A stretch of DNA of 64,000 nt from Anaeramoeba ignava BMAN. Taxonomy: Eukaryota; Protista; Anaeramoebae. Under the pieces are notes generated by a model. It did no database searches, was not told the origin of the DNA, and was given only the letters and a program-made list of their open reading frames with translations. Within the stretch, counting starts at the first letter, position 1; the number at the start of each line of letters is the position of its first letter. This document shows positions 23,141-34,486 of the stretch, one piece after another. Location of the stretch: positions 248,001 to 312,000 of the forward strand of contig JAPDFW010000086.1 of NCBI GenBank assembly GCA_028826165.1. The letters are read 5' to 3'. Made by a program: the position numbers and the translations under genes.

Positions 23141-26100
23141 TCAATCAGACTAAAAAAATGAAACAAAATTCATTGTAAATAAATTAATTAGTAAACAAGA
23201 AATATTCAAAATTTTGTTCAAATTTAATTATTTGCAACGTATTTATTAAATAATAAATATTATTTTTTATAATTTAAATTTAATTTTGACTTTGATAAAT
23301 ATTTTTAGATTGAATGATTTACAAACTTTTTATTAAATAATAAATATTATTTTAATTTTTAATTTAAATTAAATTTGATTTTAATAAATATTTTTTTGGA
23401 TTTAATTATTTACAACTATTTATTAAATAATAAATATTATTTTTTTAATTTAATTTCATTTTCATTTTGATAAACATTTTTGGATTTAATCATTTACATC
23501 TAATTATTAAATAATAAATATTATTTTTATAATTTAAATTAATTTTGATTTTGATAAACATTTTTAGATTTAATTATTTACAAACTATTTATTAAATAAT
23601 AAATATTATTTTTATTTGTTAATTTAAATTAAATTTGATTTTTATAAATATTTTTGGATTAAATTATTTACTCCCTAATTATTAAATAATAAATATTATT
23701 TTTAATTTAAATTAATTTTGATTTTGATAAATATTTTTGGATTAAATTATTTACAACCTATTTATTAAATAATAAATATTATTTTTATTTTTAATTTAAA
23801 TTAAATTTTGATTTTTATAAATATTTTTGGATTTAATTTACAATCTATTTATTAAATAATAAATATTATTTTTATAATTTAAATTAATTTTAATTTTGAT
23901 AAATATTTTTAGATTTGATTATTTACTCCCTATTTATTAAAAAAATAAATATTATTTATTAATTTAAATTAAATTTGATTTTGATAAATATTTTTGGATT
24001 AAATTATTTACAATCTATTTATTAAATAATAAATATTATTTTTATAATTTAAATTGACTTTGATAAATATTTTTAGATTTGATTATTTACAAGCTATTTA
24101 TTAATTAATAAATATTATTTTTATAATTTAAATTAATTTTGATTTTAATAAATATTTTTAGATTTGATTATTTACAAGCTATTTATTAAATAATAAATAT
24201 TATTTTTATAATTTAAATTAATTTTGATTTTAATAAATATTTTTGGATTTAATTATTTACAAGCTATTTATTAAATAATAAATATTATTTTTATAATTTA
24301 AATTAAATTTGATTTTAATAAATATTTTTGGATTTGATTATTTACAGCCTATTTATTAAATAATAAATATTATTTTTATAATTTAAATTAAATTTGATTT
24401 TAATAAATATTTTTGGATTTGATTATTTACAAGCTATTTATTAATTAATAAATATTATTTTTATAATTTAAATTAAATTTGATTTTAATAAATATTTTTG
24501 GATTTAATTATTTACAGCCTATTTATTAAATAATAAATATTATTTTTATTTGTTAATTTAAATTAATTTTGATTTTAATAAATATTTTTGGATTTAATTA
24601 TTTACAATCTATTTATTAAATAATAAATATTATTTTAATTTTTAATTTAAATTAAATTTGATTTTGATAAATATTTTTGGATTAAATTATTTACAAGCTA
24701 TTTATTAAATTATAAATATTATTTTAATTGTTAATTTAAATTAATTTTGATTTTAATAAATATTTTTGGATTTAATTATTTACAAGCTATTTATTAAATA
24801 ATAAATATTATTTTTATAATTTAAATTAATTTTGATTTTAATAAATATTTTTGGATTTAATTATTTACAATCTATTTATTAAATAATAAATAATATTTTT
24901 TATTTTTTAATTTAAATTAATTTTGATTTTAATAAATATTTTTGGATTTAATTATTTACAACCTATTTATTAAATAATAAATATTATTTTTATTTGTTAA
25001 TTTAAATTAATTTTGATTTTTAATAAATATTTTTAGATTTGATTATTTACTCTCTATTTATTAAATAATAAATATTATTTTTAATTGAAATTAATTTTGA
25101 TTTTAATAAATATTTTTGGATTAAATTATTTACAAACTGTTTATTAAATAATAAATATTATTTTTATTTGTTAATTTAAATTGATTTTAATAAATATTTT
25201 TGGATTTAATTATTTACAATCTATTTATTAAATAATAAATATTATTTTTTTTAATTTAAAATTAATTTTGATTTTGATAAATATTTTTGGATTTAATTAT
25301 TTACAAACTATTTATTAAATAATAAATAATATTTTTATTTGTTAATTTAAATTAAATTTGATTTTTAATAAATATTTTTGGATTTGATTATTTACAGCCT
25401 ATTTATTAAATAATAAATATTATTTTAATTTATAATTTAAATTAATTTTGATTTTAATAAATATTTTTGGATTTAATTATTTACTCCCCTAATTATTAAA
25501 TAATAAATATTATTTTTAATTTAAATTAATTTTTGATTTTAATAAATATTTTTGGATTTAATTATTTACTTCCTATTTATTAAATAATAAATATTATTTT
25601 TTTATTTTTTAATTTGAAATTAATTTTGATTTTGATAAATATTTTTGGATTTAATTATTTACAAACTATTTATTAAATAATAAATAATATTTTTATTTTT
25701 AATTTAAATTAATTTTGATTTTAATAAATATTTTTGGATTTAATTATTTACTCCCTATTTATTAAATAATAAATAATATTTTTATTTTTAATTTAAATTA
25801 ATTTTGATTTTAATAAATATTTTTGGATTTGATTATTTACAGCCTATTTATTAAATAATAAATAATATTTTAATTTATAATTTAAATTAATTTTGATTTT
25901 AATAAATATTTTTGGATTAAATTATTTACTCTCTATTTATTAAATAATAAATATTATTTTTATTTGTTAATTTAAATTAATTTTGATTTTGATAAATATT
26001 TTTGGATTTAATTATTTACTTCCTATTTATTAAATAATAAATATTATTTTTTTAATTTAAATTAATTTTGATTTTAATAAATATTTTTGGATTTAATTAT

Positions 26101-29100
26101 TTACTTCCTATTTATTAATTAATAAATATTATTTTTTAATTGAAATTAATTTTGATTTTAATAAATATTTTTGGATTTAATTATTTACAAACTATTTATT
26201 AAATAATAAATAATATTTTTATTTGTTAATTTAAATTGATTTTAATAAATATTTTTGGATTTAATTATTTACAAACTATTTATTAAATAATAAATATTAT
26301 TTTTAATTTAAATTAATTTTTGATTTTAATAAATATTTTTGGATTTAATTATTTACAACCTATTTATTAAATAATAAATAATATTTTTATTTGTTAATTT
26401 AAATTGATTTTAATAAATATTTTTGGATTTAATTATTTACAGCCTATTTATTAAATAATAAATATTATTTTTATTTTTAATTTAAATTAATTTTGATTTT
26501 AATAAATATTTTTGGATTTAATTATTTACAGCCTATTTATTAAATAATAAATAATATTTTTTTTAATTTAAATTAATTTTGATTTTAATAAATATTTTTG
26601 GATTTAATTATTTACAAACTATTTATTAAATAATAAATATTATTTTTTATTTTTTAATTTAAATTAAATTTGATTTTGATAAATATTTTTGGATTTAATT
26701 ATTTACAAACTATTTATTAAATAATAAATATTATTTTTTATTTTTTAATTTAAATTAATTTTGATTTTTAATAAATATTTTTGGATTTGATTATTTACTT
26801 CCTATTTATTAAATAATAAATATTATTTTTAATTTAAATTAATTTTGATTTTAATAAATATTTTTGGATTTGATTATTTACAATCTATTTATTAAATAAT
26901 AAATATTATTTTTAATTTTTAATTTAAATTAATTTTGATTTTAATAAATATTTTTGGATTTAATTATTTACAAACTATTTATTAAACAATAAATATTATT
27001 TTAATTTTTAATTTAAATTAATTTTGATTTTAATAAATATTTTTGGATTTAATTATTTACTTCCTATTTATTAAATAATAAATATTATTTTTTATTTTTT
27101 AATTTAAATTAATTTTGATTTTGATAAATATTTTTGGATTTAATTATTTACTTCCTATTTATTAAATAATAAATATTATTTTTATTTTTAATTTAAATTA
27201 ATTTTGATTTTAATAAATATTTTTGGATTTAATTATTTACAATCTATTTATTAAATAATAAATATTATTTTAATTTTTAATTTGAAATTAATTTTTGATT
27301 TTGATAAATATTTTTGGATTTAATTATTTACAATCTATTTATTAAATAATAAATATTATTTTTTTTAATTTAAATTAATTTTGATTTTGATAAATATTTT
27401 TGGATTTAATTATTTACTCTCTATTTATTAAATAATAAATATTATTTTATAATTTTTAATTTAAATTAATTTTAATTTTAATAAACATTTTTGGATTTGA
27501 TTATTTACAAACTATTTATTAAATAATAAATATTTTTGTTTTTAATTTAAATTAATTTTGATTTTAATAAATATTTTTGGATTTAATTATTTACTCTCTA
27601 TTTATTAAATAATAAATATTAATTTTTATTTTTAATTTAAATTAATTTTGATTTTGATAAATATTTTTGGATTTAATTATTTACTTCCTATTTATTAAAT
27701 AATAAATATTATTTTTATTTTTAATTTAAATTAATTTTGATTTTGATAAATATTTTTGGATTTAATTATTTACAATCTATTTATTAAATAATAAATATTA
27801 TTTTAATTTTTAATTTAAAATTAATTTTGATTTTAATAAATATTTTTGAATTTAATTATTTACAGCCTAATTATTAAATAATAAATATTATTTTTATTTT
27901 TAATTTGAAATTAATTTTGATTTTGATAAATATTTTTGGATTTAATTATTTACAATCTATTTATTAATTAATAAATATTATTTTTTTTAATTTAAATTAA
28001 TTTTGATTTTGATAAATATTTTTGAATTAAATTATTTACAAGCTATTTATTAAATAATAAATTTTATTTTTATAATTTAAATTAATTTTGATTTTGATAA
28101 ATATTTTTGGATTTAATTATTTACAATCTATTTATTAATTAATAAATATTATTTTTTTAATTTAAATTAAATTTGATTTTTAATAAACATTTTTGGATTT
28201 AATTATTTACAAACTATTTATTAAATAATAAATATTATTATTTTTAATTTAAATTAATTTTGATTTTGATAAATATTTTTGGATTTAATTATTTACAATC
28301 TATTTATTAAATAATAAATTTTATTTTTAATTTTTAATTTAAATTAATTTTGATTTTGATAAATATTTTTGAATTAAATTATTTACAAACTATTTATTAA
28401 ATAATAAATAATTTTTTTAATTTAAATTAAATTTGATTTTTGATAAATATTTTTGGATTTAATTATTTACAATCTATTTATTAAATAATAAATAATTTTT
28501 AATTTTTAATTTAAATTAAATTTGATTTTGATAAATATTTTTGGATTTAATTATTTACAAGCTATTTATTAAATAATAAATTTTATTTTTAATTTAAATT
28601 AATTTTGATTTTAATAAATATTTTTGGATTTAATTATTTACAAACTATTTATTAAATAATAAATTTTATTTTTAATTTTTAATTTAAATTAAATTTGATT
28701 TTGATAAATATTTTTGGATTTAATTATTTACTCCCTAATTATTAAATAATAAATATTATTTTTAATTTAAATTAATTTTTGATTTTGATAAATATTTTTG
28801 GATTTAATTATTTACAAACTATTTATTAAATAATAAATTTTATTTTTAATTTTTATAATTTAAATTAATTTTGATTTTGATAAATATTTTTGGATTTAAT
28901 TATTTACAATCTATTTATTAAATAATAAATATTATTTTTAATTTAAATTAATTTTGATTTTAATAAATATTTTTGGATTTAATTATTTACAAGCTATTTA
29001 TTAAATAATAAATTTTATTTTTAATTTAAATTAATTTTGATTTTAATAAATATTTTTGGATTTAATTATTTACAAGCTATTTATTAAATAATAAATTTTA

Positions 29101-31016
29101 TTTTTAATTTAAATTAATTTTGATTTTAATAAATATTTTTGGATTTAATTATTTACAATCTATTTATTAAATAATAAATATTATTTTTAATTTAAATTAA
29201 TTTTGATTTTGATAAATATTTTTGGATTTAATTATTTACAAGCTATTTATTAAATAATAAATATTATTTTTATAATTTTTTAATTTAAATTCAATGAATT
29301 GCGAACACAAATTTGATATATTTTTGTGTATTTTTTATCTCAAGAAAAATATTATTTTGTTGAAACATATTTGATCATGTATTCTCTTTCAAAATTTGTT
29401 TTATTTTTTGAAGAAAAGCATTTTAATGAGGACGTTTTGATTTTAATTATTTATATATGTATAATAATATCAATATATCAGAAAAAGGTTGAGAAATTTC
29501 CAGACATTTCCAAAAAGTGTTTTGATCTGAACCTATTAATTTTCTGATAATAATTGCCTTGAGAGTGAATTTTAAACAATTCAAAGAAAAAATTTTAAAA
29601 TGAATTTTATAAAACTAAAATTTCAAATATATGAAATCGATCAGAATCTTATCAAAATTAATTCTATTATTTCTATATCATTTCTCAAGATAATACTAAT
29701 ATCTTTTTTTTTATTAGAAATGGAATTTTTTAAATTATTCTAATCAATTTTTCTGATTTTTTATTTTAAATGATGAATATTCTATTTATTTTTGTTCTGT
29801 AATATATTTTCTTTTTTGTCAATTTGGATGTTTTATTCATAATTCCAAAGAGAAATAAGAAAACAAAGATCGAAACAAATCATAAAAAATATGTATAAAA
29901 GTTCCTTAGAATCTTCAACTTTATAAATTTTTTGAAAGAGAAAAAAATTTTTTTTTGAAATTAACTCAAAATTGTCCCTAGTTTGACTTTATAATATTAT
30001 TCTATTTAATTATTTACTTTCTATTTATTCAATAAAAAATTTTTTTTTTCAATTTTATAAATTTTAGAGTTCAATTATTTACCAGCTATTTTTTAAATAA
30101 TTTATTTGTTTTTCAATTTGAATATATTTTTGATTTTATAAATATTTTTTTTCCAATTTAATTATTTACTGCCTATTTATTAAATAATAAATAATTTTTT
30201 TTAATTTGATTTTATAAATATTATTTTTTTTCAATTTAATTATTTACTGCCTATTTATTAAATAATAAATATGAATTTTGGTTTAAATTAATTTGATTTT
30301 ATAAATATTATTTAGAGATTTAATTATTTACAAACTGGTTATTAAAATAATAAATATTAATTTGTTTAATTTAAATTCATTTTGATTTGATGTATATTTT
30401 TGGATTTAATTATTTACAATCTATTTATTAAATAATAAAAATTTTTATTCAAATGATTATTTTGAATTTGATAAATATTTGAGATTTTCATTATTTACAA
30501 TCTATTTGTAATAATTAATTTTAGGTTTCATATGAAAAATTTTATTAAGAACGGAAAATTATATGGAAAATCCAAATTGTATATTTGGAAATCAAAAAAT
30601 ATAAATAGAAAATAAAATGAAGAAATTCAAAAATAATTTATGAAAAAAAATGGTTATAAATAAGTACCTTTTTGGAGATTTGATTTATTTTTCGGTTTTG
30701 GTGATTTGGATTTTGATTTGGATTTTGATTTGGATTTTGATTTTGATTTGGATTTTGATTTGGATTTTGATTTTGATTTGGATTTGGATTTGGATTTAGA
30801 TCGTTCTTGTTTTTGTCTTTCTTGTGTCTTTCGATTAAATCTTGAATCTTTTCTTGTATTTCAGTATTTTGTTCTTGTATTTTCCTTATCTCTTCTTGTA
30901 TTTGATCTTGATTTGTATCTTTATGATGATGTTATTGAGAATTTTAATTTAAAATTGAATTTGAAATTGAATTTTAAATTTGATTTTGAATTCATTTATC
31001 TTGAAGGCTTACTCAT
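23141..31016 (-). CDS. Predicted membrane protein gene with about 76 single-codon microexons (coiled-coil/NQ-rich N-terminus plus two hydrophobic segments)
   Basis: Exon 1 ATGA 31016-31013, intron GTAAG...TAAAG 31012-30919, exon 2 30918-30668 (85 codons total, ends phase 0 at AAG|GTACTT). Then 7 microexons at 30501-30018, 69 microexons at 29242-23323, and a candidate last exon TTTTTTTAG|TCTGATTGA from 23149. Hand-derived; no transcript evidence. Confidence 0.65.
23225..29290 (-). repeat. Tandem array of 69 intron+microexon units (79-93 bp period) plus one degenerate terminal unit
   Basis: Minus-strand consensus GTAAATAATTAAATCCAAAAATATTTATTAAAATCAAAATTAATTTAAATTAAAAATAATATTTATTATTTAATAAATAG followed by a variable triplet. 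Confidence 0.92.
30005..30510 (-). repeat. Seven more diverged intron+microexon units
   Basis: AG|NNN|GTAAAT at plus-strand positions 30499, 30418, 30332, 30248, 30170, 30083 and 30018, giving ATT ATT TTT GCA GCA CTG AAA. Confidence 0.85.
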
Positions 31017-31674
31017 TTTTCTTTTTGTAATTTTTTTTATTAGAAAAGGAAAAAAAAAGGGAAAATTAGTTTTGTTTTTTGAATCGATAAAATAAATATT
31101 TTAAAAGTATAATGAATAAGTAATTAATAAGTATTTTATTTTTAAATAATTTATAATTTTTGTTTTTATTATTATTTATTATTAAATTTATATTTATTTT
31201 TTTAAAATCAAGAAAAATATTTACTTCGATAATTAAAAATTTGGAAAAAAAAAATGAAAAATGAAAAATGAAAAATATTTTGATTTAATTTTAATTTTTT
31301 TTATTTTATATATTTCATCAAATTTTCATTATTTAAAATAATATAAAATTATTCTCAATAATTTAATAAAATTAATAAAATATTTTAATTAATTTATTTA
31401 AAAAATGGAATAAAGAATAATTAATAATTAATTTCAAATTAATTTTATTTTATATATTTTATTAATATTTCTTTGTTTAAAATAATATAAAAATTATTCT
31501 CAATCATTAAATAAAACTAATAAAATATTTTAATTAATTTATTTCAAAAATGGAATAAAGAATATTAAATAATTAATTTCAAATTAATTTTATTTTTATA
31601 TATTTTATTAATATTTCTTTTGTTTAAATTAATATAAAATTATTCCCAAAAATTTAATAGTATTTAAAAGGAAA

Positions 31675-32385
31675 TTGAAATATTTTAATAAAGATAAAAA
31701 TTTAATTTTAATAAGTTTTAATAATTATTTAATTTAAAATTAATTCAAATCAAATTCAAATAAAATTTTCATTTATTAAAATAATATTTTTAATTATTTA
31801 TTAATCCAATTTTAATTATAATAAAATATATTAAAAATTAAAATATTTTTAATAAAGATAAAAATTTAATTTTAATAACTTTTAATAATTATTTAATTTA
31901 GAATTATTTCAAATCAAATTTAAATAAAATTTTCATTTATTAAATTAATATTTTTAATTATTTATTATTCAATTTTAATTATAATAAAATGTATTAAAAT
32001 TAAAATATTTTAATAAAGATAAAAATTTAATTTTAATAAGTTTTAATAATTATTTAATTTAGATTTATTTCAAATCAAATTCAAATCAAATTTTCATTTA
32101 TTAAAATAATATTTTTGATTATTTATTATTCCAATTTTAATTATAATAAAATATATTAAAAATTGAAATATTTTAATAAAGATAAAAATTTAATTTTAAT
32201 AACTTTTTAATAATTATTTAATTTAAAATCAATTCAAATCAAATTCAAATAAAATTTTCATTTATTAAATTAATATTTTTAATTATTTATTATTCCAATT
32301 TTAATTATAATAAAATATATTAAAATTGAAATATTTTAATAAAGATAAAAATTTAATTTTAATAAGTTTTAATAAGTGTTAATAA
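31675..32385. repeat. ~162-bp tandem array (about 5 units) downstream of BTB-TLDc gene 2
   Basis: Same unit as 19020-20575. Confidence 0.85.
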
Positions 32386-32627
32386 TTGATTTCTTTCTAA
32401 ATTTATTTATTAATAAATAATTTAAGTTTAATTATTATTAATTTCTATTTCCAATTTCTATTTTTATTTATTATCATTTATTCCAAATTTTTAATAATAT
32501 TTTTAAATTAAATTTAAATAATTTAAAATTGGATTTGTTTCTTATTTATTGTTTTGAAGAATTTAATTTGATTGAAAGTAAATCAAAATAAAATTCAATT
32601 TTGAAAAAATAAATGAGAAAATAGTTT

Positions 32628-34343
32628 TTAAATGAAATAAGTTTCAACTTCATCAACAATCCATTGATTATAAGAACCAGCTAAATAACTTTGAGCTTCA
32701 TTTGTTCCATAAGTAATTCCATTTGGAAGTTGATAAATATTTCCAAAATTTGAATAACCAGGTTGCAAATTAGAAAATAATCGAATATCTGGTCCTTTTC
32801 CTCTTCCTCCAAAATTCGGACCTCTTGATGGATGATAATAAATTGCAAATTCTTCTTTTCCTTTTTTTATTGGAAATTTCTTTGACCTTCTATCCCCTTT
32901 ATCATTTCTTAATGAAAAAATAAATGAATTTAGATCAATAATATATCCAAGTTCTTTCTCTTGAAAATCTTCATTCCATTTTGATTTATCAGTTGTCCAT
33001 CCAACTTGAGTAAAACCTCCAAAAATAAAATTATCTTTTGTTTTGATAATAACTAATGTTTTTCCTTTATTATCAACTGCTTTATGCCAATTTTTACAAT
33101 CAAATTCATCTTTTTTTGCTGAAAATCCTTTTTTCATTTTAGAAAAAAAATTATTATCATTTATCCATTCTTTTAATTTCTTAACATATTCAATATCTTT
33201 CACAATTTCTGAATCTGAAAATTGAGGAAAATTCTTTCTTAATTCAATCTCCATTTGATATTGATCAAAAATTGGTTTCATCTTCTCATTCTCTGTTTTC
33301 AAATCTTGATTCTCTTTCTTCCATTTTTCTTCAATTTCTTTGTTTTTATCTTCAATTTCTTTCTTCCATTTCTTTTCAATTTCAATTTTCATTTGTTGAT
33401 TTTCCTTCTCTTTATTTTCAACTTCTTTCTTCCATTTCTTTTCTTTTTCTTTGATTTTCTTTTCTTTTTGTTTATCTTTAATTTCAAAAATAGTTCTTTC
33501 AAAATGAATTAAAAAAGAATTTGGAAGAAAAATATCAAATTCTTTTAATTTATCAAAATCTTGTTTTGAAATTGAATCTTTATCAAATAATGAAAAAAAA
33601 GAATGAAATAATCTTTTCTTTTCAATTCCCTTTTCAATTTCTTTTTCTTTTTCTTTCTTTCCTTTTAATCTTTTAGTTCTTTTTTTAATCCAATTATTTA
33701 AAAATTGAAAAAAATCAAATTGAAAAATTTCTTTTTTTTCTTGTTTAAATTGAATAAATTTGATAATTTCTTCTTTAGTTAAATTGAATAAATTCTCATT
33801 ATTTTGAATTTGGGAAAAATTTTGATTTATTAATTCAAAACATTTTATTTCAATTTCATTTGAATTTAAATTTCGATTTTGGAATAAAAATTGGAAAAAA
33901 TTTGAATAATTAATTGAATTTGAAATTTTTTTTTGAATAATTTCTTTCAATAAATTTAATTTAAAATAAATTGAAATTTCCAATAATTGAATAAGATTTT
34001 CTTGATTCTCAAAAGAAATATTTCCATAATAAATATAACTCAAAATTGATTCCATTTCTTTTTTATTAAATTGATTTAAAGAAATAGAAAGAGATTCTTG
34101 CTTTAATGACTCATTAAAAAAAGGAGATCTTGAAGATAAAATTGATTTATGAACTTTAATTTCAAAAGGATTTGATTTATTCTCAACAAAAATTGAAAAA
34201 TCTTTAAATGAATTTCCATTTAAAAGGTTTGAATAATCTTTAATTAAATTTTTTGTTACTTTTTTTTCTAAATTTTTCATTTCATTTTCATTTTCATTTT
34301 GATTTGCATTTTCAATTTGGTTATTATTATTTTTATTATCCAT
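32628..34343 (-). CDS. BTB + coiled-coil + TLDc protein
   Basis: 571-aa ORF: KDFSIFV..IKVHKSILSSRSPFF (BTB), K/E-rich coil, TLDc with IFGGFT, SFIFSL, GPNFG and EVETYFI. Confidence 0.88.
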   Translation of the reverse strand: MDNKNNNNQIENANQNENENEMKNLEKKVTKNLIKDYSNLLNGNSFKDFSIFVENKSNPFEIKVHKSILSSRSPFFNESLKQESLSISLNQFNKKEMESILSYIYYGNISFENQENLIQLLEISIYFKLNLLKEIIQKKISNSINYSNFFQFLFQNRNLNSNEIEIKCFELINQNFSQIQNNENLFNLTKEEIIKFIQFKQEKKEIFQFDFFQFLNNWIKKRTKRLKGKKEKEKEIEKGIEKKRLFHSFFSLFDKDSISKQDFDKLKEFDIFLPNSFLIHFERTIFEIKDKQKEKKIKEKEKKWKKEVENKEKENQQMKIEIEKKWKKEIEDKNKEIEEKWKKENQDLKTENEKMKPIFDQYQMEIELRKNFPQFSDSEIVKDIEYVKKLKEWINDNNFFSKMKKGFSAKKDEFDCKNWHKAVDNKGKTLVIIKTKDNFIFGGFTQVGWTTDKSKWNEDFQEKELGYIIDLNSFIFSLRNDKGDRRSKKFPIKKGKEEFAIYYHPSRGPNFGGRGKGPDIRLFSNLQPGYSNFGNIYQLPNGITYGTNEAQSYLAGSYNQWIVDEVETYFI

Positions 34344-34486
34344 TTTGTTTTTGTTTGTTGTTTTGTGTTTTTGTTTTTTGTGTTTGTGTTTGTTTTTGTG
34401 TTTGTGTTTGTGTTTTTAAAAAAAAAGGAAAAAAATGAATTTTGCTTTTTTCCTCTTTTTTTTATTAATTTCTTTTTTATTTTTAA

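Noticed and set aside
22869-23153. Protein-like plus-strand stretch (MIDASWELFGKK...)
   Set aside because: Multiple in-frame stops and no recognisable family. It may be the 3' UTR of the microexon gene or a decayed fragment.
23225-29290. CRISPR array or tRNA-like anticodon array
   Set aside because: The variable part is only 2-4 nt, there are no cas genes, the context is eukaryotic and no cloverleaf is evident. The AG/GT flanks explain the pattern better.
29326-29547. 73-aa plus-strand ORF in the gap of the microexon array
   Set aside because: Non-ATG start, no motif, and length compatible with chance.
30919-31012. In-frame TAA codons suggesting TAA=Gln recoding or a pseudogene
   Set aside because: They fall inside a GTAAG...AG intron, and TAA is a normal stop in other genes here.
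30706-31095. Plus-strand ORF MDFDLDFDL...
   Set aside because: Antisense shadow of the NP/NQ-rich exon 2 of the minus-strand microexon gene, with a non-ATG start.
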